Assembly: GCA_964016885.1 (NCBI GenBank) | Contig: OZ024743.1 | Span: 237,026,001 to 237,090,000 of the forward strand | DNA length: 64,000 nucleotides | Direction of reading: 5' to 3' | Origin: Eledone cirrhosa | Lineage: Eukaryota | In this document: positions 15,001-30,000 of the stretch, in pieces | Layout: every line of letters begins with the position of its first letter | Position numbering within the stretch: position 1 is the stretch's first letter | Program-made: the position numbers and the translations under genes | Notes under the pieces: generated by a model | What the model was told of the DNA's origin: nothing | Database searches by the model: none | What the model saw: the letters and a program-made list of their open reading frames with translations, nothing else

Positions 15001-18000
15001 AGTCTAAAGTCTGTCTTATTATAGACAGCTACAGTATTGACGATTCTGTCTAAGTCTAAAGTCTGTCTTGTTATAGATAGCTACAGTATTGACAATTCTG
15101 TCTAAGTCTAAAGTCTGTCTTGTTATAAACAGCTAAAGTATTGATTAGTCTGTCTAAGTCTAAAGTCTGTCTTATAATAGACAGCTACACTATTGACAAT
15201 TATGTCTAAGTCTAAAGTCTGTCTTGTTATAGACAGCTACAGTATTGATTAGTCTGTCTAAGTCTGAAGTCTGTCTTACTATAGACAGCTACAGTACTGA
15301 TTAGTCTGTCTCAGTCTAAAGTCTGTATTATTATAGACAGCTACAGTATTGACAATTCTGTCTAAGTCTAAAGTCTGTCTTTTTATAGACAGCTACAGTA
15401 CTGATTAGTCTGTCTAAGTCTAAAGTCTGTCTTGTTATAGACAGCTACAGTACCGATTAGTCTGTCTAAGTCTAATGTCTGTCTTGTTATAGACAGCTAC
15501 AGTATTGATTAGTCTGTCTAAGTCTAAAGTCAGTGTTATTATAGACAGCTACAGTACTGATTAGTCTGTCTAAGTCTAAAGTCTGTATTATTATAGACAG
15601 CTACAGTATTGACAATTCTGTCTAAGTCTAAAGTCTGTCTTGTTATAAACAGCTACAGTATTGATTAGTCTATCTAAGTCTAAAGTCTGTCTTATTATAG
15701 ACAGCTACAATATTGACAATTATGTCTAAGTCTAAAGTCTGTCTTATTATAGACAGCTACAGTATTGATTAGTCTGTTTAAGTCTAAAGTCTGTCTTATT
15801 ATAGACAGCTACAGTACTGATTAGTCTGTCTAAGTTTAAAGTCTGTCTTGTTATAGACAGCTACAGTATTGTTTAGTCTGTCGAAGTCTAAAGTCTGCCT
15901 TATTATAGACAGCTACAGTATTGACGATTCTGTCTAAGTCTAAAGTCTGAGTTATTATAGACAGCTACAGTATTGATTAGTCTGTCTAAGTCTAAAGTCT
16001 GTCTTGTTATAGACAGCTACAATATTGATTAGTCTGTCTAAGTCTAAAGTCTGTCTTGTTATAGACAGTTACAGTATTGATTAGTCTGTCTAAGTCTAAA
16101 GTCTGTCTTATTAAAGACAGCTACAGTATTGACAATTCTGTCTAAGTCTAAAGTCTGTCTTGTTATAGACAGCTACAGTAATGATTAGTCTGTCTAAGTC
16201 TAAAGTCTGTCTTATTATAGACAGCTACAGTATTGCCAATTCCGTCTAAGTGTAAAGTCTGTCCTGTTATAGACAGCTACAATATTGATTAGTCTGTCTA
16301 AGTCTAAAGTCTGTCTTATTATAGACAGCTACAGTATTGACAATTCTGTCTAAGTCTAAAGTGTGTCTTGTTATAGACAGCTACAGTATTGATTACTCTG
16401 TCTAAGTCTAAAGTCTGTCTTATCATAGACAGCTACAGTATTGACAATTCTGTCTCAGACTAAAGTCTGTCTTGTTTTAGACAGCTACAGTATTGATTAG
16501 TCTGTCTAAGTCTAAAGTCTGTCTTGTTATAGACAGCTACAGTATTGATTAGTCTGTCTAAGTCTAAAGTCTGTCTTATTATAGACAGCTGCAGTACTGA
16601 TTACTCTGTCTAAGTCTAAAGTCTGTCTTATTATAGACAGCTACAGTATTGACAATTATGTCTAAGTCTAAAGTCTGTCTTGTTATAGACAGCTACAGTA
16701 TTGATTAGTCTGTCTAAGTCTAAAGTCTGTCTTATTATAGACAGCTACAGTACTGATTAGTCTGTCTAAGTCTAAAGTCTGTCTTGTTATAGACAACTAC
16801 AGTATTGATTAGTCTGTCTAAGTCTAAAATCTGTCTTATTATAGACAGCTACAGTATTGACAATTCTGTCTAAGTCTAAAGTCTGTCTTCTTATAGACAG
16901 CTACAGTATTGATTAGTCTAAGTCTAAAGTCTGTCTTATCATAGACAGCTACAGTATTGACAATTCTGTCTAAGTCTAAAGTCTGTCTTATTATAGACAG
17001 CTACAGTATTGATTAGTCTGTCTAAGTTTAAAGTCTTTCTTATTATTGACGGCTACAGTACCGATTAGTCTGTCTAAGTCTAAAGTCTGTATTATTATAG
17101 ACAGCTACAGTATTGACAATTCTCTCTAAGTCGAAAGTCTGTATTATTATAGACAGCTACAGTACTGATTAGTCTGTCTAAGTCTAAAGTCTGTCTTGTT
17201 ATAGAAAGTTACAGTATTGATTAGTCTGTCGAAGTCTAAAGACTGTCTTGTTATAGACAGCTACAGTATTGATTAGTCTGTCTAAGTCTAAAGTCTGTCT
17301 TATTATAGACAGCTACAGTATTGACAATTCTCTCTAAGTCTAAAGTCTGTCTTATTATAGACAGCTACAGTACTGATTAGTCTGTCTAAGTCTAAAGTCT
17401 GTCTTGTTATAGACAGCTACAGTATTGATTAGTGTGTCTAAGTCTAAAGTCTGTCTTATTATAGAGAGCTACAGTACTGATTAGTCTGTCTAAGTCTAAA
17501 GTCTGTCTTATTATTGACACCTACAGTATTGATTACTCTGTCTAAGTCTAAAGTCTGTCTTGTTATAAACAGTTACAGTATTGATTAGTCTGTGTAAGTC
17601 TAAAGTCTGTCTTGTTATACACAGCTACAATATTTATTAGTCTGTCTAAGTCTAATGTCTGTCTTGTTATAGACAGCTACTGTATTGATTAGTCTGTCTA
17701 AGTCTAAAGTCTGTCTTGTTATAGACAGTTACAGTATTGACAATTCTGTCTAAGTCTAAAGTCTGTCTTATTATAGACAGCTACAGTACTGAATAGTCTG
17801 TCTAAGTCTAAAGTCTGTCTTGTTATAGACAACTACAGTATTGATTAGTCTGTCTATGTCTAAAGTCTGTCTTATTATAGACAGCTACAGTATTGACAAT
17901 TCTGTCTAAGTCTAAAGTGTTTTTTTATAGACAGCTACAGTATTGATTAGTCTGTCTAAGTTTAAAGTCTTTCTTAGTATAGACAGCTACAGTACTGATT

Positions 18001-21000
18001 AGTCTGTCTAAGTCTAAAGTCTGTCTTATTATAGACAGCTACAGTATTGACAATTCTCTCTGAGTCTAAAGTCTGTCTTATTATAGACAGCTACAGTATT
18101 GATTAGTCTGTTTAAGTCTAAACTCTGTCTTATTATAGACAGCTACAGTACTGATCAGTTTGTCTAAGTCTAAAGTCTGTCTTGTTATAGACAGCTACAG
18201 TATTGATTAGTCTGTCTAAGTCTAAAGTCTGTCTTATTATAGACAGCTACAGTATTGATTAGTCTCTCTAAGTCTAAAGTCTGTCTTATTATAGACAGCT
18301 ACAGTACTGATTAGTCTGTCTAAGTCTAAAGTATGTCTTGTTATAGACAGCTACAGTATTAATTAGTCTGTCTAAGTCTAAAGTCTGTCTTATAGACAGC
18401 TACAGTATTGACAATTATGTCTAAGTCTAAAGTCTGTCTTGTTATAGACAGCTACAGTATTGATTAGTCTGTCTAAGTCTAAAGTCTGTCTTATTATAGA
18501 CAGCTACAGTATTGTCAATTCTGTCTAAGTCTAAAGTCTGTCTTATTATAGACAGCTACAGTACTGAATAGGCTGTTTAGTCTAAAGTCTGTCTTGTTAT
18601 AGACAACTACAGTATTGATTAGTCTATCTAAGTCTAAAGTCTGTCTTATTATAGACAGCTACAGTATTGACAATTCTGTCTAAGTCTAAAGTGTTTTTTT
18701 TATAGACAGCTACAGTACTGATTAGTCTGTCTAAGTCTAAAGTCTGTCTTGTTATAGACAGCTACAGTACTGATTAGTCTGTCTAAGTCTAATGTCTGTC
18801 TTGTTATAGACAGCTACAGTATTGATTAGTCTGTCTAAGTTTAAAGTCTTTCTTATTATAGACAGCTACAGTACTGATTAGTCTGTCTAAGTCTAAAGTC
18901 TGTCTTAATATAGACAGCTACTGTATTGACAATTCTGTCTGAGTCTAAAGTATGTCTTATTATAGACAGCTACAGTATTGATTAGTCTGTTTAAGTCTAA
19001 AGTCTGTCTTATTATAGAGAGCTACAGTACTGATTATTCTGTCTAAGTCTAAGGTCTGTCTTGTTATAGACAGCTACAGTATTGATTAGTCTGTCTAAGT
19101 TTAAAGTCTTTCTATTATAGACAGCTACAGTACTGATTAGTCTATCTAAGTCTAAAGTCTGTCTTATTATAGACAGCTACAGTATTGACAATTCTGTCTA
19201 AGATTAAAGTCTGTCTTGTTATAGACTGCTACGGTATTGATTAGTCTGTCTAAGTCTAAAGTATGTCTTATTATAGACAGCTACAGTACTAATTAGTCTG
19301 TCTAAGTCTAAAGTCTGTCTTATTATAGACAGCTACAGTATTGATTAGTCTGTCTTATTATAGACAGTTACAGTACTGATTAGTCTGTCTAAGTCTAAAG
19401 TCTGTCTTATTATAGACAGCTACAGTACTGATTAGTCTGTCTAAGTCTAAAGTCTGTCTTATTATAAACAGCTACAGTATTGACAATTCTGTCTAAGTCT
19501 AAAGTATCTCTTCTTATAGACAGCTACAGTATTGATTAGTCTATCTATGTCTAAAGTCTGTCTTATTATAGACAGTTACAGTATTGATTAGTCTGTCTAA
19601 GTCTAACGTCTGTCTTACTATATACAGCTACAGTATTGACAACTCTGTCTAAGTCTAAAGTCTGTCTTGTTATAGACAGCTACAGTATTGATTAGTCTGT
19701 CTAAGTCAAAAGTCTGTCTTATTATAGACAGCTACAGTACTGATTAGTCTGTCTAAGTCTAAAGTCTGTCTTATTATAGACAGCTACACTATTGACAATT
19801 CTCTCTGAGTCTAAAGTCTGTCTTATTATAGACAGCTACATTATTGACAATTCTGTCTAAGTCTAAAGTCTGTCTTATTATAGACAGCTACAATATTGAC
19901 AATTCTGTCTAATTCTAAAGTCTGTCTTGTTATAGACAGCTACAGTATTGATTAGCTTGTCTAAGTTTAAAGTCTTTCTTATTATAGACAGCTACAGTAC
20001 TGATTAGTCTGTCTAAGTCTAAAGTCTTTCTATTATAGACAGCTACAGTACTGATTAGTCTGTCTAAGTCTAAAGTCTGTCTTATTATAGACAGCTACAG
20101 TATTGACAGTTCTGTCTAAGTCTAAAGTATCTCTTGTTATAGACAGCTACAGTATTGATTAGTCTATCTAAGTCTAAATCTGTCTTATTATAGACAGTTA
20201 GAGTATTGATTAGTCTGTCTAAGTCTAAAGTCTGTCTTATTATAGACAGCTACAGTATTGACAATTCTGTCTAAGATTAAAGTCTGTCTTGTTATAGACT
20301 GCTACAGTATTGATTAGTCTGTCTAGTTCTAAAGTCTGTCTTGTTATAGACAGCTACAGTATTGATTAGTCTGTCTAAGTTTAAAGTCTTTCTTATTATA
20401 GACAGCTACAGTACTGATTAGTCTGTCTAAGTCTAAAGTGTGTCTTATTATAGACAGCTACAGTATTGACAATTCTCTCTAAGTCTAAAGTCTGTCTTAT
20501 TATAGACAGCTACAGTATTGATTAGTCTGTCTAAGTCTAAAGTCTCTCTTATTATAGACAGCTACAGTACTGATTAGTCTGTCTAATTCTAAAGTCTGTC
20601 TTGTTATAGACAGCTACAGTATTGATTAGTCTGTCTAAGTCTAAAGTCTGTTTTATTATAGACAGCTACAGTACTGATTAGTCTCTCTAAGTCTAAAGTC
20701 TGTCTTATTATGGACAGTTACAGTACTGATTAGTCTGTCTCAGTCTAAAATCTGTCTTGTTTTAGACAGCTACAGTATTGATTAGTCTGTCTAAGTCTAA
20801 AGTCTGTCTTGTTTTAGACAGCTACAGTATTGATTAGTCTGTCTAAGTCTAAAGTCTGTCTTATTATAGACAGCTACAGTATTGACGATTCTGTCTAAGT
20901 CTAAAGTCTGTCTTGTTATAAACAGCTAAAGTATTGATTAGTCTGTCTAAGTCTAAAGTCTGTCTTATAATAGACAGCTACACTATTGACAATTATGTCT

Positions 21001-24000
21001 AAGTCTAAAGTCTGTCTTGTTATAGACAGCTACAGTATTGATTAGTCTGTCTAAGTCTGAAGTCTGTATTATTATAGACAGCTACAGTATTGACAATTCT
21101 GTCTAAGTCTAAAGTCTGTCTTTTTATAGACAGCTACAGTACTGATTAGTCTGTCTAAGTCTAAAGTCTGTCTTGTTATAGACAGCTACAGTACCGATTA
21201 GTCTGTCTAAGTCTAATGTCTGTCTTGTTATAGACAGCTACAGTATTGATTAGTCTGTCTAAGTCTAAAGTCAGTGTTATTATAGACAGCTACAGTACTG
21301 ATTAGTCTGTCTAAGTCTAAAGTCTGTATTATTATAGACAGCTACAGTATTGACAATTCTGTCTAAGTCTAAAGTCTGTCTTGTTATAAACAGCTACAGT
21401 ATTGATTAGTCTATCTAAGTCTAAAGTCTGTCTTATTATAGACAGCTACAATATTGACAATTATGTCTAAGTCTAAAGTCTGTCTTATTATAGTCAGCTA
21501 CAGTATTGATTAGTCTGTTTAAGTCTAAAGTCTGTCTTATTATAGACAGCTACAGTACTGATTAGTCTGTCTAAGTTTAAAGTCTGTCTTGTTATAGACA
21601 GCTACAGTATTGTTTAGTCTGTCGAAGTCTAAAGTCTGCCTTATTATAGACAGCTACAGTATTGACGATTCTGTCTAAGTCTAAAGTCTGAGTTATTATA
21701 GACAGCTACAGTATTGATTAGTCTGTCTAAGTCTAAAGTCTGTCTTGTTATAGACAGCTACAATATTGATTAGTCTGTCTAAGTCTAAAGTCTGTCTTGT
21801 TATAGACAGTTACAGTATTGATTAGTCTGTCTAAGTCTAAAGTCTGTCTTATTAAAGACAGCTACAGTATTGACAATTCTGTCTAAGTCTAAAGTCTGTC
21901 TTGTTATAGACAGCTACAGTAATGATTAGTCTGTCTAAGTCTAAAGTCTGTCTTATTATGGACAGTAACAGTACTGATTAGTCTGTCTAAGTCTAAAGTC
22001 TGTCTTATTATAGACAGCTACAGTATTGCCAATTCCGTCTAAGTGTAAAGTCTGTCCTGTTATAGACAGCTACAATATTGATTAGTCTGTCTAAGTCTAA
22101 AGTCTGTCTTATTATAGACAGCTACAGTATTGACAATTCTGTCTAAGTCTAAAGTGTGTCTTGTTATAGACAGCTACAGTATTGATTACTCTGTCTAAGT
22201 CTAAAGTCTGTCTTATCATAGACAGCTACAGTATTGACAATTCTGTCTCAGACTAAAGTCTGTCTTGTTTTAGACAGCTACAGTATTGATTAGTCTGTCT
22301 AAGTCTAAAGTCTGTCTTGTTATAGACAGCTACAGTATTGATTAGTCTGTCTAAGTCTAAAGTCTGTCTTATTATAGACAGCTGCAGTACTGATTACTCT
22401 GTCTAAGTCTAAAGTCTGTCTTATTATAGACAGCTACAGTATTGACAATTATGTCTAAGTCTAAAGTCTGTCTTGTTATAGACAGCTACAGTATTGATTA
22501 GTCTGTCTAAGTCTAAAGTCTGTCTTATTATAGACAGCTACAGTACTGATTAGTCTGTCTAAGTCTAAAGTCTGTCTTGTTATAGACAACTACAGTATTG
22601 ATTAGTCTGTCTAAGTCTAAAATCTGTCTTATTATAGACAGCTACAGTATTGACAATTCTGTCTAAGTCTAAAGTCTGTCTTCTTATAGACAGCTACAGT
22701 ATTGATTAGTCTAAGTCTAAAGTCTGTCTTATCATAGACAGCTACAGTATTGACAATTCTGTCTAAGTCTAAAGTCTGTCTTATTATAGACAGCTACAGT
22801 ATTGATTAGTCTGTCTAAGTTTAAAGTCTTTCTTATTATTGACGGCTACAGTACCGATTAGTCTGTCTAAGTCTAAAGTCTGTATTATTATAGACAGCTA
22901 CAGTATTGACAATTCTCTCTAAGTCGAAAGTCTGTATTATTATAGACAGCTACAGTACTGATTAGTCTGTCTAAGTCTAAAGTCTGTCTTGTTATAGAAA
23001 GTTACAGTATTGATTAGTCTGTCGAAGTCTAAAGATTGTCTTGTTATAGACAGCTACAGTATTGATTAGTCTGTCTAAGTCTAAAGTCTGTCTTATTATA
23101 GACAGCTACAGTATTGACAATTCTCTCTAAGTCTAAAGTCTGTCTTATTATAGACAGCTACAGTACTGATTAGTCTGTCTAAGTCTAAAGTCTGTCTTGT
23201 TATAGACAGCTACAGTATTGATTAGTGTGTCTAAGTCTAAAGTCTGTCTTATTATAGAGAGCTACAGTACTGATTAGTCTGTCTAAGTCTAAAGTCTGTC
23301 TTATTATTGACACCTACAGTATTGATTACTCTGTCTAAGTCTAAAGTCTGTCTTGTTATAAACAGTTACAGTATTGATTAGTCTGTGTAAGTCTAAAGTC
23401 TGTCTTGTTATACACAGCTACAATATTTATTAGTCTGTCTAAGTCTAAAGTCTGTCTTGTTATAGACAGCTACTGTATTGATTAGTCTGTCTAAGTCTAA
23501 AGTCTGTCTTGTTATAGACAACTACAGTATTGATTAGTCTGTCTATGTCTAAAGTCTGTCTTATTATAGACAGCTACAGTATTGACAATTCTGTCTAAGT
23601 CTAAAGTGTTTTTTTATAGACAGCTACAGTATTGATTAGTCTGTCTAAGTTTAAAGTCTTTCTTAGTATAGACAGCTACAGTACTGATTAGTCTGTCTAA
23701 GTCTAAAGTCTGTCTTATTATAGACAGCTACAGTATTGACAATTCTCTCTGAGTCTAAAGTCTGTCTTATTATAGACAGCTACAGTATTGATTAGTCTGT
23801 TTAAGTCTAAACTCTGTCTTATTATAGACAGCTACAGTACTGATCAGTTTGTCTAAGTCTAAAGTCTGTCTTGTTATAGACAGCTACAGTATTGATTAGT
23901 CTGTCTAAGTCTAAAGTCTGTCTTATTATAGACAGCTACAGTATTGATTAGTCTCTCTAAGTCTAAAGTCTGTCTTATAGACAGCTACAGTATTGACAAT

Positions 24001-27000
24001 TATGTCTAAGTCTAAAGTCTGTCTTGTTATAGACAGCTACAGTATTGATTAGTCTGTCTAAGTCTAAAGTCTGTCTTATTATAGACAGCTACAGTATTGT
24101 CAATTCTGTCTAAGTCTAAAGTCTGTCTTATTATAGACAGCTACAGTACTGAATAGGCTGTTTAGTCTAAAGTCTGTCTTGTTATAGACAACTACAGTAT
24201 TGATTAGTCTATCTAAGTCTAAAGTCTGTCTTATTATAGACAGCTACAGTATTGACAATTCTGTCTAAGTCTAAAGTGTTTTTTTTATAGACAGCTACAG
24301 TACTGATTAGTCTGTCTAAGTCTAAAGTCTGTCTTGTTATAGACAGCTACAGTACTGATTAGTCTGTCTAAGTCTAATGTCTGTCTTGTTATAGACAGCT
24401 ACAGTATTGATTAGTCTGTCTAAGTTTAAAGTCTTTCTTATTATAGACAGCTACAGTACTGATTAGTCTGTCTAAGTCTAAAGTCTGTCTTAATATAGAC
24501 AGCTACTGTATTGACAATTCTGTCTGAGTCTAAAGTATGTCTTATTATAGACAGCTACAGTATTGATTAGTCTGTTTAAGTCTAAAGTCTGTCTTATTAT
24601 AGAGAGCTACAGTACTGATTAGTCTGTCTAAGTCTATGGTCTGTCTTGTTATAGACAGCTACAGTATTGATTAGTCTGTCTAAGTTTAAAGTCTTTCTAT
24701 TATAGACAGCTACAGTACTGATTAGTCTATCTAAGTCTAAAGTCTGTCTTATTATAGACAGCTACAGTATTGACAATTCTGTCTAAGATTAAAGTCTGTC
24801 TTGTTATAGACTGCTACGGTATTGATTAGTCTGTCTAAGTCTAAAGTATGTCTTATTATAGACAGCTACAGTACTAATTAGTCTGTCTAAGTCAAAAGTC
24901 TGTCTTATTATAGACAGCTACAGTACTGATTAGTCTGTCTAAGTCTAAAGTCTGTCTTATTATAGACAGCTACACTATTGACAATTCTCTCTGAGTCTAA
25001 AGTCTGTCTTATTATAGACAGCTACATTATTGACAATTCTGTCTAAGTCTAAAGTCTGTCTTATTATAGACAGCTACAATATTGACAATTCTGTCTAATT
25101 CTAAAGTCTGTCTTGTTATAGACAGCTACAGTATTGATTAGCTTGTCTAAGTTTAAAGTCTTTCTTATTATAGACAGCTACAGTACTGATTAGTCTGTCT
25201 AAGTCTAAAGTCTTTCTATTATAGACAGCTACAGTACTGATTAGTCTGTCTAAGTCTAAAGTCTGTCTTATTATAGACAGCTACAGTATTGACAATTCTG
25301 TCTAAGTCTAAAGTATCTCTTGTTATAGACAGCTACAGTATTGATTAGTCTATCTAAGTCTAAATCTGTCTTATTATAGACAGTTAGAGTATTGATTAGT
25401 CTGTCTAAGTCTAAAGTCTGTCTTATTATAGACAGCTACAGTATTGACAATTCTGTCTAAGATTAAAGTCTGTCTTGTTATAGACTGCTACAGTATTGAT
25501 TAGTCTGTCTAGTTCTAAAGTCTGTCTTGTTATAGACAGCTACAGTATTGATTAGTCTGTCTAAGTTTAAAGTCTTTCTTATTATAGACAGCTACAGTAC
25601 TGATTAGTCTGTCTAAGTCTAAAGTGTGTCTTATTATAGACAGCTACAGTATTGACAATTCTCTCTAAGTCTAAAGTCTGTCTTATTATAGACAGCTACA
25701 GTATTGATTAGTCTGTCTAAGTCTAAAGTCTCTCTTATTATAGACAGCTACAGTACTGATTAGTCTGTCTAATTCTAAAGTCTGTCTTGTTATAGACAGC
25801 TACAGTATTGATTAGTCTGTCTAAGTCTAAAGTCTGTTTTATTATAGACAGCTACAGTACTGATTAGTCTCTCTAAGTCTAAAGTCTGTCTTATTATGGA
25901 CAGTTACAGTACTGATTAGTCTGTCTCAGTCTAAAGTCTGTCTTGTTTTAGACAGCTACAGTATTGATTAGTCTGTCTAAGTCTAAAGTCTGTCTTGTTT
26001 TAGACAGCTACAGTATTGATTAGTCTGTCTAAGTCTAAAGTCTGTCTTATTATAGACAGCTACAGTATTGACGATTCTGTCTAAGTCTAAAGTCTGTCTT
26101 ATTATAGATAGCTACAGTATTGACAATTCTGTCTAAGTCTAAAGTCTGTCTTGTTATAAACAGCTAAAGTATTGATTAGTCTGTCTAAGTCTAAAGTCTG
26201 TCTTATAATAGACAGCTACACTATTGACAATTATGTCTAAGTCTAAAGTCTGTCTTGTTATAGACAGCTACAGTATTGATTAGTCTGTCTAAGTCTGAAG
26301 TCTGTCTTACTATAGACAGCTACAGTACTGATTAGTCTGTCTCAGTCTAAAGTCTGTATTATTATAGACAGCTACAGTATTGACAATTCTGTCTAAGTCT
26401 AAAGTCTGTCTTTTTATAGACAGCTACAGTACTGATTAGTCTGTCTAAGTCTAAAGTCTGTCTTGTTATAGACAGCTACAGTACCGATTAGTCTGTCTAA
26501 GTCTAATGTCTGTCTTGTTATAGACAGCTACAGTATTGATTAGTCTGTCTAAGTCTAAAGTCAGTGTTATTATAGACAGCTACAGTACTGATTAGTCTGT
26601 CTAAGTCTAAAGTCTGTATTATTATAGACAGCTACAGTATTGACAATTCTGTCTAAGTCTAAAGTCTGTCTTGTTATAAACAGCTACAGTATTGATTAGT
26701 CTATCTAAGTCTAAAGTCTGTCTTATTATAGACAGCTACAATATTGACAATTATGTCTAAGTCTAAAGTCTGTCTTATTATAGACAGCTACAGTATTGAT
26801 TAGTCTGTTTAAGTCTAAAGTCTGTCTTATTATAGACAGCTACAGTACTGATTAGTCTGTCTAAGTTTAAAGTCTGTCTTGTTATAGACAGCTACAGTAT
26901 TGTTTAGTCTGTCGAAGTCTAAAGTCTGCCTTATTATAGACAGCTACAGTATTGACGATTCTGTCTAAGTCTAAAGTCTGAGTTATTATAGACAGCTACA

Positions 27001-30000
27001 GTATTGATTAGTCTGTCTAAGTCTAAAGTCTGTCTTGTTATAGACAGCTACAATATTGATTAGTCTGTCTAAGTCTAAAGTCTGTCTTGTTATAGACAGT
27101 TACAGTATTGATTAGTCTGTCTAAGTCTAAAGTCTGTCTTATTAAAGACAGCTACAGTATTGACAATTCTGTCTAAGTCTAAAGTCTGTCTTGTTATAGA
27201 CAGCTACAGTAATGATTAGTCTATCTAAGTCTAAAGTCTGTCTTATTATAGACAGCTACAATATTGACAATTATGTCTAAGTCTAAAGTCTGTCTTATTA
27301 TAGACAGCTACAGTATTGATTAGTCTGTTTAAGTCTAAAGTCTGTCTTATTATAGACAGCTACAGTACTGATTAGTCTGTCTAAGTTTAAAGTCTGTCTT
27401 GTTATAGACAGCTACAGTATTGTTTAGTCTGTCTAAGTCTAAAGTCTGTCTTATTATGGACAGTAACAGTACTGATTAGTCTGTCTAAGTCTAAAGTCTG
27501 TCTTATTATAGAGAGCTACAGTACTGATTAGTCTGTCTAAGTCTAAAGTCTGTCTTATTATTGACACCTACAGTATTGATTACTCTGTCTAAGTCTAAAG
27601 TCTGTCTTGTTATAAACAGTTACAGTATTGATTAGTCTGTGTAAGTCTAAAGTCTGTCTTGTTATACACAGCTACAATATTTATTAGTCTGTCTAAGTCT
27701 AAAGTCTGTCTTGTTATAGACAGCTACTGTATTGATTAGTCTGTCTAAGTCTAAAGTCTGTCTTGTTATAGACAGTTACAGTATTGACAATTCTGTCTAA
27801 GTCTAAAGTCTGTCTTATTATAGACAGCTACAGTACTGAATAGTCTGTCTAAGTCTAAAGTCTGTCTTGTTATAGACAACTACAGTATTGATTAGTCTGT
27901 CTATGTCTAAAGTCTGTCTTATTATAGAGAGCTACAGTATTGACAATTCTGTCTAAGTCTAAAGTGTTTTTTTATAGACAGCTACAGTATTGATTAGTCT
28001 GTCTAAATTTAAAGTCTTTCTTAGTATAGACAGCTACAGTACTGATTAGTCTGTCTAAGTCTAAAGTCTGTCTTATTATAGACAGCTACAGTATTGACAA
28101 TTCTCTCTGAGTCTAAAGTCTGTCTTATTATAGACAGCTACAGTATTGATTAGTCTGTTTAAGTCTAAACTCTGTCTTATTATAGACAGCTACAGTATTG
28201 ACAATTATGTCTAAGTCTAAAGTCTGTCTTGTTATAGACAGCTACAGTATTGATTAGTCTGTCTAAGTCTAAAGTCTGTCTTATTATAGACAGCTACAGT
28301 ATTGTCAATTCTGTCTAAGTCTAAAGTCTGTCTTATTATAGACAGCTACAGTACTGAATAGGCTGTTTAGTCTAAAGTCTGTCTTGTTATAGACAACTAC
28401 AGTATTGATTAGTCTATCTAAGTCTAAAGTCTGTCTTATTATAGACAGCTACAGTATTGACAATTCTGTCTAAGTCTAAAGTGTTTTTTTTATAGACAGC
28501 TACAGTACTGATTAGTCTGTCTAAGTCTAAAGTCTGTCTTGTTATAGACAGCTACAGTACTGATTAGTCTGTCTAAGTCTAATGTCTGTCTTGTTATAGA
28601 CAGCTACAGTATTGATTAGTTTGTCTAAGTTTAAAGTCTTTCTTATTATAGACAGCTACAGTACTGATTAGTCTGTCTAAGTCTAAAGTCTGTCTTAATA
28701 TAGACAGCTACTGTATTGACAATTCTGTCTGAGTCTAAAGTATGTCTTATTATAGACAGCTACAGTATTGATTAGTCTGTTTATGTCTAAAGTCTGTCTT
28801 ATTATAGAGAGCTACAGTACTGATTAGTCTGTCTAAGTCTAAGGTCTGTCTTGTTATAGACAGCTACAGTATTGATTAGTCTGTCTAAGTTTAAAGTCTT
28901 TCTATTATAGACAGCTACAGTACTGATTAGTCTATCTAAGTCTAAAGTCTGTCTTATTATAGACAGCTACAGTATTGACAATTCTGTCTAAGATTAAAGT
29001 CTGTCTTGTTATAGACTGCTACGGTATTGATTAGTCTGTCTAAGTCTAAAGTATGTCTTATTATAGACAGCTACAGTACTAATTAGTCTGTCTAAGTCTA
29101 AAGTCTGTCTTATTATAGACAGCTACAGTATTGATTAGTCTGTCTTATTATAGACAGTTACAGTACTGATTAGTCTGTCTAAGTCTAAAGTCTGTCTTAT
29201 TATAGACAGCTACAGTACTGATTAGTCTGTCTAAGTCTAAAGTCTGTCTTATTATAAACAGCTACAGTATTGACAATTCTGTCTAAGTCTAAAGTATCTC
29301 TTCTTATAGACAGCTACAGTATTGATTAGTCTATCTATGTCTAAAGTCTGTCTTATTATAGACAGTTACAGTATTGATTAGTCTGTCTAAGTCTAACGTC
29401 TGTCTTACTATATACAGCTACAGTATTGACAACTCTGTCTAAGTCTAAAGTCTGTCTTGTTATAGACAGCTACAGTATTGATTAGTCTGTCTAAGTCAAA
29501 AGTCTGTCTTATTATAGACAGCTACAGTACTGATTAGTCTGTCTAAGTCTAAAGTCTGTCTTATTATAGACAGCTACACTATTGACAATTCTCTCTGAGT
29601 CTAAAGTCTGTCTTATTATAGACAGCTACATTATTGACAATTCTGTCTAAGTCTAAAGTCTGTCTTATTATAGACAGCTACAATATTGACAATTCTGTCT
29701 AATTCTAAAGTCTGTCTTGTTATAGACAGCTACAGTATTGATTAGCTTGTCTAAGTTTAAAGTCTTTCTTATTATAGACAGCTACAGTACTGATTAGTCT
29801 GTCTAAGTCTAAAGTCTTTCTATTATAGACAGCTACAGTACTGATTAGTCTGTCTAAGTCTAAAGTCTGTCTTATTATAGACAGCTACAGTATTGACAAT
29901 TCTGTCTAAGTCTAAAGTATCTCTTGTTATAGACAGCTACAGTATTGATTAGTCTATCTAAGTCTAAATCTGTCTTATTATAGACAGTTAGAGTATTGAT

